NCBI RefSeq assembly: GCF_004010195.1
Contig: NC_057757.1
Coordinates: 7,021,402 to 7,085,401, forward strand
DNA from: Chiloscyllium plagiosum
Lineage: Eukaryota
DNA: 64,000 nt
Direction: 5' to 3'
Part shown: piece by piece, positions 1-11,847 of the stretch
How positions within the stretch are numbered: position 1 is the first letter of the stretch
Layout: every line of letters begins with the position of its first letter
The notes under the pieces: model-generated
What the model was told of the DNA's origin: nothing
Databases searched by the model: none
What the model saw: the letters and a program-made list of their open reading frames with translations, nothing else
Program-made: the position numbers and the translations under genes

Positions 1-190
1 AGGGCGTGGAATGCCCTACCTGCTAATGTAGTCAACTCTGCCACATTAGAGAGATTTAAACAATCCTTATATACGCACATGGATGATTTTGGGATAGTGT
101 AGGGGGATGAGCTGAGAATATTTCACAGGTCGGCGCAACATCGAGGGTCGAAGGACCTGTTCTGCACTGTATTGTTCTATGTTCTATTAG
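1..190 (+). mobile_element. CR1-type LINE 3' end
   Basis: tggaatgccctacc (WN.LP motif), then a 3'UTR and a (gttctat)n tail. Confidence 0.7.
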
Positions 191-277
191 ACTCTTAATT
201 CCAAATTTTTAAAACTCAGATGTTTACAGTACAGAAGTCAGTCATTTGGTCCATCACATCAATTCCATGCTTTCTTT

Positions 278-350
278 AACTACCTACCTAACCTACCTAC
301 CTACCTAACCTACCTACCTACCTACCTAACCTACCTAACCTAACTACCTT
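278..350. repeat. (CTAC/CTAA)n microsatellite
   Basis: Direct reading of the sequence. Confidence 0.9.
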
Positions 351-2829
351 GCCACCTTCACAGATTTGCAGAAATGCAAACCCAGGATTGCTCTGATCTT
401 CAGTACTTTCCAGAGTCCTACATTTCATTTGTAATCGTTGGCCTTGTTAGCCCTTCCCAAGTGCATTATGTCACTCTTCCGGGCTGTGCCATTGGTCTGC
501 CCAGTCTGATTATATCCTCCTGCAGCTTTCAGCTATCCTCCTCACTACTTGCCACCCTGCCAATTCTCATGTCATCCATGATCTTCTTGATCACAGTCCT
601 TACAGTTATACCCAAATCATCACGTACACCACAAACAACAAATTCCCCAGCACCGAGCCCTGCAGGACTCCAATGAAAACAGACTTCCAGTCTCTGAAAC
701 ATTCCCCCTACCATCACTCTACTTCCCACCTCTCAGCCAATTTGGATCCAACATGCCGTCTCGCCTTGGATCCCACTGGCTGTGTCAAAAGCTTTGCTGA
801 AGTCCGCTGGACTACGTCAAATGCATCACCCGCAGCAACTCTCCTGGTTACCTCCACAAAATAATGACCGAATTTGTCAAACATGACTGTCCTTTAACAA
901 ATTCACGCTGACAATCACTGATTGAAGTGTCTCTCCAAGTAATGATATTTTATGCCCCTCAGAACTCTTAACAACTTCCCACCAGAAGTTAGACTGATTG
1001 GGCTGTAACTCCTGATCTATCAATTCCTCTCACTTTTAACAATTGGATATTAGCAGTCTTCTGGTAGCTCATCTGTGGCCAGAGAGGATTCAAAAATTAC
1101 TGTCAGGACCAATGATACCTCCTCCCTTGCTTCTCTTAACAGCCTAGGATACATCTCATTCAGGCCTGCAGATGTATCACCTTTTAAAGCTGCTACACCA
1201 CGAGTAACACAAACTGAAGTTGCTGGAAAATCTCAGCAGGTCTGGCAGCATCTGTGAAGAGAAATCAGAAGGGTCTGAGCAAGGATCACCAGATCTGAAA
1301 CATTAACTTTGATTTCCCTTCTCAGCCACTCACTATCCTGATTTGGAAATATATCGCCGTTCCTTCAGCATCACTGGGTCAGAATCTTGGAATTCCCTCC
1401 CAAGGGCATTGTGGGTCAACCTGTAGCACATGGACTGCAGCTGTTCAAGAAGGCAGCTCACCACCACCTTCTCGAGGGCAACTAGGGACAGTCAATAAAT
1501 GCTGGCCAGTCAGCAAAGCCCACTTTCCATGAATTAATATACAAAATAAAACTTGTTTTATTGATAAAGCAAAACCTCCAGAATTTTGTGTTTCTGTTTC
1601 AGCAAGACCACTTTGTTAAAACTGCAACACGACAAAGTGGGATCTATCAAGACAGGTTCCCAACTGGGATTTCACTTGTCCAGTGATAACATCAACTGGG
1701 ATCATAGTACTTCTAGGTCCTTGAACGCAAGACACATCTCACTACCAATAAAAAAATCTCCTCCATGTCCATCCTACCAAATATTTTTGACAGGTCATCC
1801 GGTATAGGAAACCTGACCCAGTCTGTTCAATCTTCCTAATAGGAAGAAGCTTTCATTTGAGTAAAATGTTTTTTTAAACAGTCCAGTGTTCCCACTGTAT
1901 TAGACAGCCTCACAAAAACATGATAAAAATTGACAAAAGACCATAAGACATAGGAGTGGAAGTAAGACCATTCAGCCCATCGAGTCCACTCTGCCATTCA
2001 ATCATGGCTGATTGGCATTTCAATGCCACTTACCTGCTCTCTCGCAGCATCCCTGAATTCCTTGCAAGATTAAGAATTTATCAATCTCTGCCTTGAAGAC
2101 ATTTAACGTCCCGGCCTCCACTGCACTCCATGGCAATGAATTCCACATAACCACTCCACTTTTTAATTCTATCCCTCTAGAAATGAATCCCACTGTTTTC
2201 TCAGAAATGTAGAATGGTTGCAAGCCCAGGAGAAGGAGGCCATTCATCCTCAGATAGCTCTAAGATTCCTTAAGACAACTGACCACCCTTAGTGCCCTTC
2301 AGAAGGTGGCAGTCAGCTACCTTTTTCAACTGCTGCAGTCCGTTTGGTCTAGATATACCTAATGCTGCTGCGAGAGAGATTGACCCTGAGATGGAGTGGT
2401 GGTAATGTTCCCAAATCAGGATAGTGAGTGGCTTGGAGGAGAAATTGCAGATGGTGATCCACGGATTTGCTGCCCTCACCCTTCTTGATGGCAGTGCCAT
2501 GGGTTTTGGAGGTTGCTGCCTAAGGAGACGATGCACTTCTGCAGAGCATCTTGTAGCTACTACACTGTTGCTAAGTGTTGGTGTTGGAAGAGTGAATGTT
2601 TGTGCACATGTATCAATCAAGTCGGCTGCTTTGTCCTCGATAATTTCGAGTTTCAGGGCAGGCCTTGAGGGCAATAGACATGCAGGTATAGAAGAGGGAA
2701 ATGGAACCAGTTGGACTGCGGTAGAGAGCTGGCACGTATACGACAGGCTGAACTGCCTCCCTCAGTGCTAACATGAATCTGTCGAAGGGGATCAAACTCT
2801 TATACCCACCTCCTGTCCCTGACACTCAC

Positions 2830-2967
2830 CTGCCGTGCACTTTGAGACCGGGTGGTGCTGACAGACAGGTTACTGGTCTCCTGATCGCTGTCCAACCATG
2901 CTGTACCAGCGTCTTTAACCACTTTCTGGTTGCTGTCTGCCAACACTTGTCTTGATCTCCTGGAGGA
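2830..2967 (-). CDS. STAG3: Probable additional STAG3 exon (SSRRSRQVLADSNQKVVKDAGTAWLDSDQETSNLSVSTTRSQSARQ); gene continues beyond base 1
   Basis: ctttttaatctgttgacag acceptor, 138 nt open phase 0-0 frame, CAG|GTGAGT donor, unique non-repeat sequence. Confidence 0.6.
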
Positions 2968-3542
2968 CTGTCAACAGATTAAAAAGATGTGAATAAAGCA
3001 CTGAATGCTGAAAGCACGCCCATAAAAAAGGATGCGATATATGTGCAGAATTAGATTTGGCTCAGACACCCTTTAACTTGCCCATCATGAACTAGAATCA
3101 CTATTACAGACCAAACAATCGACGGAAGGAATGGGACAGAAAAAACGAGGAATTAAACACTAAGGGTCCAGGATTATTGGCAACTGCTGAGAGATAGAGA
3201 ATACAGAAATCGGGTTAGAAAGCAGCATCTGTAATAGAGATGAGCAAGATGCACCGTGGCAAGGAGAGGAGGAATGTCATCTCTGACACACATTCCTGCC
3301 AACACACACGTTCCAGCCAATAATCCAGGTTGGAACAATCAGTACGGTATGCAGGGCAGAGTGAACTAATGGAGGGTCATGCCAAGGGAGCATGGTCCCA
3401 CCAGAGGGTTAGTGCTAGAAGGTACCATCTTGTAAAAAGGTTGGTGCTGATGGAGCACCCTCCCATCAGAGGGTCAGCGCCAAGGGAGCATTGGTCTCCT
3501 GTCAAAGGGTGAGTGCTGAGGCCTGCTATCACTAACACCCAC

Positions 3543-3668
3543 CTGTGGGGCATCCTTTGCCAGGCTGATTGACTGCTGTACAAGGCTAGGCTTTTGCTGT
3601 TTGCCAGGGTTCCTCTTCTGCGGAGCCACTTTCTTCTCCACTGGTGTATGCTTTGGCCTCTTGGCGGG
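3543..3668 (-). CDS. STAG3: Probable STAG3 exon (PAKRPKHTPVEKKVAPQKRNPGKQQKPSLVQQSISLAKDAPQ)
   Basis: tactcacag acceptor, 126 nt, phase 0-0, CAG|GTGGGT donor. Starts like human VAKHPKK and ends like AKSDMQ (recalled). Confidence 0.7.
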
Positions 3669-3959
3669 CTGTGAGTACATCAGGACATAAAGTAGAATGT
3701 TAACACCCGAATGCCTCAACTGCAGTGCCAGACACAGCTCATTGACAAGCAAGGGTCCCATCTGTGTTTCAGTTAATTCCATACCTACCCCAACGCCCTC
3801 CTGACTGGCATCTCAGCTGCCACCTCAAAAGTTCAGCTCATCAAAAGTCCTGCTGTCTGCATCCAAACTTGCACTACATCCCACTCATCTAGCAGCCCTG
3901 CACATGCTGACCAAAGGTCATAGCAGGTATCGGCAGAACAAGGACAGCATCTATCCAGG

Positions 3960-4280
3960 ATTTTAAAGAAAACTTTACTCAGTACCTCACCCCATGTCAT
4001 ATCTGCCCTGGAAGTGTTTGATGTGGACAGTGTAGAGGCAGCTTTACCCTCAGCTTTAAATAATAGTGAGGGCATTACTTTGATTGAAGAGATGTCAGTT
4101 CTGGGAGTATTTGACAGGGACAGTGTGGCAGTATCATTACTTTCAGTTGTAAAAGTAAGGGGAGCTTTGCGTCTATCCCCATGATGTACCTGCCCTGGGA
4201 GTGTTTGATAGCGACAGTATGGAGGAGGCATTACTTTCAGTTTAAAAAGTTACAGGTAGCTTCACTCTGTATCTCACCTC
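3960..4280 (+). repeat. Degenerate tandem repeat (cctgggagtgtttgat...gacagtgtagagg); related copy on - strand at about 32380-32590
   Basis: Three or four diverged units visible. Confidence 0.6.
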
Positions 4281-4389
4281 TTAAATAAGGAGATCAAAAC
4301 CACACACAACATTTGAGACATGTTCTCTCCAATGTCCTACAAAACCTAAGCACAACAATATACTCATATGTTGAATTCATCTGGGACTA

Positions 4390-4925
4390 AAGGATTGTGT
4401 GCAATTCTGGTCTCCCTCCTATTTAAAGAATGTTGTGAACTTTGAAAGGGTTCAGAAAAGATCTACAAAGATGTTGGCAGGGTTGGAGGGTTGAGCTACA
4501 GGGAGACGGTGAATAGGCTGGGGCTATTTTCCCTGGAGCCAGAGAAACTGAGGGATGAATTTGTACGGGTTTATAAAATTATGAGAGGCACAGATAGAGT
4601 CTTTTCCCTAGATTGGGGGACGTCCAGAACTAGACAGCATAGGTTTAGAGTGAGAGGGTAAAGATTTAAAAGAGACCTGAGGGGCAACTTTTTCACGCAG
4701 AGGGTGGTGCGTGTATGGAATGAGCTGCCAGAGGAAGTGGTGGAGGCTAGTACAATTGCAACATTTAAAAGGCATCTGGGTGGGTATATGAATAGGAAGG
4801 GTTTAAGAGGGATACGGGCTAAGTGTTGGCAAATAGGACTTGATTAATTTAGGATATCTGGCCAGCATGGACGAGTTGTACCAAAGAGTCTGTTTCCGTG
4901 ATGTACATTTCTATGACTCTATGGT
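4390..4925 (+). mobile_element. CR1 LINE 3' fragment
   Basis: Decayed RT C-terminus (QFWSP...VQKR...FTQRVV..WNELP) and a ctatgact tail. Confidence 0.85.
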
Positions 4926-5972
4926 TGCATTCCATTATCGTTCTGAGTTACTTGCTGTACCTACATTCTAATTTTTATGCCTCATGCACCAGAACTCCTA
5001 GATTCCTTTGCACCTCCAAAATTCTGCAAGAGCGTGTGAGCGAGAGAGAAAGAAAAAAAAGTTAAAGAGGAAGAGATAGAACGAGAGAGTCAAAGATGTA
5101 AGGATAACATTTTTTTTTAAAAGAGAAGTTTATTTTCTTTGTTTTCTGTACCAAAATAGATAAAAGAACGTTTTAAACCAAAGATTGTGTCGAGTGTTAC
5201 CGTATTTTTAAAAATAAGTTACTGAAGAGAAACCTCTAACGAAGAATCACCACACTAAATGTTAACACTGCCTTCTCCCCGTAGATGCAGTCAGAACTGC
5301 TGGGTTTCTCCGCAGTTTCTGTACTTTTGTCACTGGAACTCATCGTGAGTTGTATTTAAACTGTTGCTTTGCTCACGCAGTCGGGGGAGGGGTCAAAGAT
5401 GGCACTAGAGTACAAGTGTGCATGTGCAGAGGAAGCTTCACCCAGAGCCGGACTGCTGATCAGTTTGTGAAATCAGAAGCAACTGTGGAGGCCAACAGTC
5501 ATAGCATGATACCAACTCTCACTGGCTGCTGGGCAAGTGAATAGAGTGAGTGGACATAGAAAGACAAGGTCTGTCTCTGTAATGAAGTAAGCAAAGCCTG
5601 TCTAGCTAGAACCTGTCACTTCTAACCAGTGACTGAAATACTGTACAATTAATGTGTGCCAACCATCCTGTACCTGCAAATAACCAAAAGAACCTTAAAG
5701 CAGCAAAAGGGATACTTCTTCAAACTATTAAATTGTGTTTCCCCAGCACTCCAGCTTGTCTGAATCTGTCTGCTTGTACATGTCAGGGTTTAAGGGGATT
5801 AGTTTCAAAAAGTTGTTTATGTTGATATTTCCTATTTTTGTTTGCCTGTGGCCAGACTTACTTTCTTTGCCATAAATAGTATCTTCTTGTTCTGTCCAGA
5901 TGGGGACAAGCTCTGTGCAACTCCATATATTTCTCTCTGTGTCATTGCCTGACTGTGTGGGCTGAATGTACT

Positions 5973-7215
5973 TTCATTTTCTACAAACCCACTGGCCTGA
6001 CATTTTCTACAAACCCACCGACTCCCCACAGCTACCTGGATTACACCTTCTCCTACCCTGCCTCCTGCAAAAATGCTATCCCCATTCCCAATTCCTCCGC
6101 CGCATCTGCTCCCAAGAGGACCAGTTCCACCAGTGAACACATCAGATGGTCTCCTTCTTTAAAGACTGCAAATTCCTCTCCCATGTCGTTGAAAATACCC
6201 TCCAACGCATCTCATCCACGCCCTGTACCTTCACCCTCGAACCCCACCCCTCCAACCGCAACAAGAACAGAACTTCCCTGGTCCTCCTCTTCTACCCCAT
6301 CAACCTCCGTATACATCGCATCCTCCGCCAACATTTCCGCCACCTACAACCAGACCCCACTACCAGAGATATATTTCCCTCCCCATCCCTATCCGCTTTC
6401 CGTAAAGACTGTTCCCACCGCGACTACCTGGTCAGGTCCACATCCCCTAACAGCCCACCCTCCCCTCCCGGCAACGTCCCCTACCACCGCAGAAATTACA
6501 AAACCTGCGCCCATACCTCCCCCCTCACCTCTGTCCAAGGCCCCAAAGAAGCCTTCCACATCAATCAAAGCTTCACCTGCACTTCCACACGTCATTTACT
6601 GTATCCATTGCTTCCAAAGCGGTCTCCTCTACATTGGGGAGACTGGACGCCTACTCACAGAGCGCTTCAGAGGACATCTCCGGGACACCCGCACCAATCA
6701 ACCCCACCGCCCCGAACATATCGACTCCCCCTTCCACTCTGCCGAGGTCATGCAGGTCCTGGGCCTGCTCCATTGCCACTCCTTTACCATCCGACGCCTG
6801 GAGGAAGAACCCTTCTGCCTCGGAACCCTTCAATCCCATGGCATCAATGTGGACTTCACCAGTTTCCTCATTTCCCCTCCTCCCAACTTACCCCAGTTCT
6901 AAACTTCCAGCTCAGCACCATTCTCACTATCTGTCCCACCTGTCAATCTTCCTTCCCACCTATCCGCTCCATCCTCCCCTCTGACTTATCACCTTTACCC
7001 CCACCTCCATCCACCTATTGCACTCTCAACTACCTTCTCCCCAGCCCCACCCCCCTCCCATTTATCTCTCCACCCCCGAGGCTCGCAACCTCATTCCTGA
7101 TGAAGGGCTTTTGCTCGAAATGTTGGTGTTCCTGCTGCTCGGATGCTGCCTGACTTGCTGTGCCTTTTCCAACACGACTCTAATCTCCAGCATCTGCAGT
7201 CCCCACTTTTGCCCA
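5973..7215 (+). mobile_element. Penelope-like retroelement, 5'-truncated (end of RT, GIY-YIG endonuclease, pseudo-LTR with hammerhead motif)
   Basis: Frameshifted peptides KPTDSHSYLDY and HVIYCIHC..SGLLYIGETGR.L.ERFRGH; CTGATGA..GAAA at 7097-7120; flanking aatgtact repeat at 5965-5972 and 7216-7223. Confidence 0.88.
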
Positions 7216-7319
7216 AATGTACTGTATCGTCAAATTGCTTTTGGTGCTTGTCTCAAGCTTTCAAATCTGATTCCATTTATTTCTGTCATTCTCAAGTCAG
7301 AACTTGATTCAGTCTTTTG

Positions 7320-9110
7320 AAGTAACAATGAGGTTTGATGAGGACAGAGCAGTGGACATGATCCATATGGACTTCAGTAAGGCATTCAACAAGGTTTCCC
7401 CATGGGAGACTGGTCAGCAAGGTTAGATCTCACGGAATAAAGGGAGAAGTAGCCATTTGGATACAAAACTGGCTCGAAGGAAGAAGACAGAGGATGGTGG
7501 TAGAGGGTTGCTTCTCAGACTGGATGCCTGTGACCAGTGGTGTGCCACAAGGATCGGTGCTGGGTCCACTACTTTTCATCATTTACATAAATGATTTGGA
7601 TGTGAACGTAGGAGGTATAGTTAGGAAGTTTGCAGATGACAACAAAATTGGAGGTGTAGTGGACAGCGAAGAAGTGGACATCAGACTTTGATCAAATGAG
7701 TCAGTGGGCTGAGGAGTGGCAGATGGAGTTTAATTTAGATAAATGTGAGGTGCTGCATTTTGCAAAAGCAAACCTTAACAGGACTTATACACTTAATGGT
7801 AAGGTCCTAGGGAGTGTTGCTGCATCAAGAGACCTTGGAGTGCAGGTTCATAGCTCCTTGAAAGTAAAGTCATAGGTAGACCTGATATTGAAGAAAGTAT
7901 CTGACATGCTTTCCTTTATTGGTCAGAAAATAGTGTATTGGAGTTGGGAGGTCATATTGCAGCTGCACAGGATGTTGGTTAGGCCACTTTTGGAATATTG
8001 CATGCAATTCTGGTCTCCTTCCTTTCAGAACAATGTTGTGAAACTTAAAAATCACAACACCAAGCTATAGTCCAACAGGTTTAATTGGAAGCACACTAGC
8101 TTTCGGAGTGTCCCTCCTTCATCAGGTGATAGTGGAGGGCTCAATCCTAACACACAGAATTTATAGCAAAAATTTACAGTGTGATGTAACTGAAATTATA
8201 CATTGAAAAATTGATTGTCTGTTGAGTCTTTCATCTGTTTGAATACCATGAGAGTTTCACTTCTTTCATGTGTAAATCACAACTTTTTTTTAAAAAGTTG
8301 CATTCTCAGGTTAGTTGTTAACAATGAGTGATAGCTAGACAATATGTTGGAGGTGTTAGCTCCCTGTGTTCTCTGTTCATGCCATGATGTTTAGATTGAT
8401 TCTAATCTTAAAAGTGAGATAACGGAGTTTTACATGAATTCATGAAGTTTTTGAGCTCAGAGTTTTACATGAATTCACTATCCACTATCGCCTGATGAAA
8501 GAACGACGCTCTGAAAGCTAATGTGCTTCCAATTAAACCTGTTGGACTATAACCTGGTGTTGAGTGATTTTTAACTTTGTACACTCCAGTCCAACACCGG
8601 CATCTCTAAGTTGTGAGACTTGAAAGGGTTCAGAAAAGATTTACAAGAATGTTGCCAGGGTTGGAAGGTTTGAGCTAAAGAGAGAGGCTAAATAGGCTGG
8701 AGCTGTTTACCTTGGCGTGTCAGAGGCTGAGGGGTGACCTTCTAGAGGTTTATAAAATCATGAGGGGCATGGATAAGGTAAACAGACAAAGTCTTTTCCC
8801 TGAGGGTGGGTGAGTCTAGAACTAGAGGACATAGGTTTAGGGTGAGAGGGGAAAGATTTAAAAGGGACCTAAGGGAAAACTTTTTCACACAGAGGGTGGT
8901 GCGTGTAAGGAATGAGTTGCCAGAAGAAGTGGTGGAGGCTGGCACAATTCCAACATTTAAAAGGCATCTGGATGGGTATATGAATAGGAAGGGTTTGGAG
9001 GGATATGGGCCAAGTGCTGGTAAATGGGACTAGATTAGGTTAGGCTATCTGGTCGGCATGGACAAGTTGGATCTAAGGGTCTGTTTCCATGCTGTACAGC
9101 TCTACGACTC
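7320..9110 (+). mobile_element. CR1 LINE RT fragment interrupted by a Penelope-type insertion at 8047-8609
   Basis: [21 protein letters not shown]...KFADD RT motifs, [25 protein letters not shown]. Confidence 0.92.
8047..8609. mobile_element. Penelope-type (family 2) inverted pseudo-LTR insertion with TSD
   Basis: Inverted arms at about 8047-8135 and 8481-8573; TSD gttgtga(a/g)actt at 8035-8046 and 8610-8621; hammerhead cores on both arms. Confidence 0.8.
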
Positions 9111-9219
9111 TACAACTCTTAAGCCTGTAGGGTCAGAGAAATTTATTACCAAACGATACCAACACAGAGCTGAAAGGTCACCCGCGCCCGCCAGGTTTGC
9201 ACTGGGCACAATCACTTAC

Positions 9220-9319
9220 TGGGGCCCTGGAAGGACGAGAGGCCATCTGTTTCCTTCCTTTGTTCAAAGTGTCCTCGAAATCGCTGCCAGTGTCAGACTC
9301 CGATTCACTCGTTACGTTG
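9220..9319 (-). CDS. STAG3: Probable STAG3 exon (D-NVTSESESDTGSDFEDTLNKGRKQMASRPSRAP)
   Basis: ttctctcctag acceptor, 100 nt, CCA|GTAAGT donor (phase 2 to 0). SDFEDTLNKGRK..A.RP.R.P closely resembles recalled mammalian STAG3 (T/S)DFEDSL(N/R)RNVKKRAAK.PPK..P. Confidence 0.8.
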
Positions 9320-10147
9320 CTAGGAGAGAATGGGAAGAGTGTCAGAGATCAAGGAATTGGTGCACGGAGACGGTTCTCAATGCTACAGATCCAGATAAAG
9401 GGCCAGTCACAGCAGGAAAGGACAAGATGTGGGACTGATCCCACATGCCACTGGTAGCAGATCACACAGCTTTCAGGGCCCCTGTACAGAACTCCTTTTG
9501 TATAGAGTTCCCAACATTCGGGGACTCAAACAAAAGCACTGATATCCCTTGGGACAACTGACTGACTACTTGCTCAGCCTTTGGTCAAGACGTGTGCAGC
9601 TGAGATTTGAATGTACTTAGATTTACACAGGGTAGACCATTCAGGAATGCGTTGGAATATTTGTGTTCAAAGATAATGAAGGCATAGATGACGGCTTCAA
9701 CAGATGAGTGGAGACAGGGGTGAAAGCAGGTGATGTTACAGAGGTCAAAATAGAACACTGATTAATGAGGTGGGAAGCTCACCTTGGGATCAAACACAAC
9801 ATCAAAACTGCAATTTTATCTTGGACTAGAATGAGGAAGAGGAATGGAATAGAAGTGAATGGACCTGATGACAGTAACTTGTATCCCAGTTAACTAACCA
9901 AAGCAGGCATTGGATTTATGTCCAGCACGTCTGCTCCTTCAAACAGTGTCATTCACCTGAGCAGACGGATAGCACCTCAGTTTGTCAACCACAGTGCAGA
10001 ACTGCCAAGGAATGTAACGAGGCTGGTCAGGAGCACAGCATTCAGAGGTTGGGAATTCACCATGTGAAAACGATACACTGCAGCAGGATGGTACAGGTAT
10101 ATCAGAGACAAACCTTCCACCGCCTCCCCAGGGTGACAGCCACTTAC

Positions 10148-10305
10148 TCGGAGTCCAGGTTATCTCCAATCAATAGCTCCGCCACCTCCTCCCTGCGGAA
10201 ATAGGTTGGGCTGGAAAACCGTGATTCGACACTCCCAGCAACGCTCACCGGAGACATGCCTTTCTCAGAGCCAGGGCTGGCTTTCCTCGATCTCAACACC
10301 GGCAT
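10148..10305 (-). CDS. STAG3: Probable STAG3 first coding exon (MPVLRSRKASPGSEKGMSPVSVAGSVESRFSSPTYFRREEVAELLIGDNLDS); exon begins at 10317
   Basis: On the - strand: tttttgtgtttcag acceptor, GCAGCGATG start, GA|GTAAGT donor (phase 2). Joins the next exon in frame. Confidence 0.75.
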
Positions 10306-10459
10306 CGCTGCGAAGAGCTGAAACACAAAAAGTAATCCCACTCACAGATAGATTGAAACAAAGTCAGGGCCACTCTATCTGTCACATCCTCTCCGTCTCT
10401 CCATTCACACCCCCTACTTCCTTCAAGGTCCTCTTCCATTCATACTTCTGCTGTATTTC

Positions 10460-11500
10460 ACTCAGTTTTCTATTTTGACCCCAGTTTCTCTCAGTATTTC
10501 CTCCAAGTTCTTTTACTTTTACCCTTAGTTTCTGGCTGTATTTCTCTCAGGTTCTCTATTTTTGCCCCAGTTTCTCCCTGTTTAGCCCAGCTTTTCTATC
10601 TGTGCCCTCAGTTTCTGGCTATATTTACCAGAGTTTCTCTCCTCTTATTCCGTTTCCTTACAGTATTTCCCTGTTTTTCTATTTTGACCCAAGTTTCTGG
10701 CAGTATTCCTCACAGATTCTCTATTTTTACCCGTTTCTAGCTGTATATTAACCTGTTTCTCTATTGTTGTCCTCAGTTTCTAGCTATATTCAACTGAGTC
10801 TCTCTTGTCTTACCCCTATTTCCTGACAGTATTTCCTGACAGTTTCTCTTTTTACCCCAGTTTCTGGCAGTATTTCTCTCAGAATCTCTATTTTTACCCC
10901 AGTTCATAGTTGTACATAGCTCTGTTTCTCTATTTTTACCCCCAGTTTCTGGCTGTAGTTACCTCAGGATTCTCTAATCTTACCAGTGTTTCTTGACAGT
11001 ATTTCCCAGTTTCTCTCCATTTCGGTCCTCAGTTTCTGGCTGTATTTACCTGAGTTTCTCTGTTCTTATCCCTGACTATTTCCCTGTTTGCATATTTTTA
11101 CCCCAGCTGCCTGGCTGCATTTTTGCCAGTTTCTCTATGTTTGCCCCAGTTTCTCTCAGTGCTTCCCTCCAGTTCTCTTACTTTTACTGCAGGTTTCTGG
11201 CTACATTTCCCTCAGGTTCTCTATTTTTGCCTCAGATTCTCACTATTTCTAACCTGTTTCTGGCTATATTTACCTCAGGATTCTCTCTTCTTACCCCGAC
11301 AGTATTTCCATTTGTGTGTGTTTTACCCCAAGTTTAGATTAGATTCTCTATAGTTTCTGGCTGCATTTCTCCCAGTTTCTCTCTATTTCTACCCTCAGTT
11401 TCTGGGTGTATTTACCTCAGGATTCTCTATTCTTGCCCCTGTTTCCTGACAGTATTTCCCACTCTCTCTTTATTTTTGTCCTCAGTTTTCTGGCAGCATT
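10460..11500. repeat. Pyrimidine-rich degenerate minisatellite (~21-bp subunits forming ~42-bp dimers) in STAG3 intron 1
   Basis: Recurring ttttaccccagtttctggc(t/a)gtattt and tcaggattctctat words. Confidence 0.85.
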
Positions 11501-11684
11501 TAGATTAGATTCCCAACAGTGTGGAAACAGGCCTTTCGGCCCAACAAGTCCACACTGACCCTTTGAAGGGTAACCCACACTGACTCACTCGCCACATTTA
11601 CCCCCAACACTCTGGGGCAATTTATCAACGGCCAATTCACCTCAACCTGAGATTCTCTATTTCCCTGTTTCGCGATATACTTAC

Positions 11685-11830
11685 CCCAGTTTCTGTCCTT
11701 TTATTCCTCTTTCCCACCTTTATTTACTTGGGTTACTCTCCCGGTTTGTTTTCGGGACTCCGCTTCTTTCCCGCGCGCTCGAATTCCGCGCCAATCTGCC
11801 GTGATGACGCCACAGCGTTATAACAATGGC
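11685..11830 (-). promoter_or_regulatory. Candidate non-coding first exon and CpG-rich promoter of the STAG3-like gene
   Basis: GG|GTAAGT donor on the - strand at 11684; CpG-rich island with CCAAT and TGACG motifs. The transcription start cannot be determined from sequence. Confidence 0.5.
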
Positions 11831-11847
11831 CTCACCCCCAACCGGCT

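Noticed and set aside
5955..7153. 315-aa and 335-aa ORFs as host genes
   Set aside because: They are frameshifted Penelope RT/GIY-YIG remnants in C-rich, stop-poor sequence.
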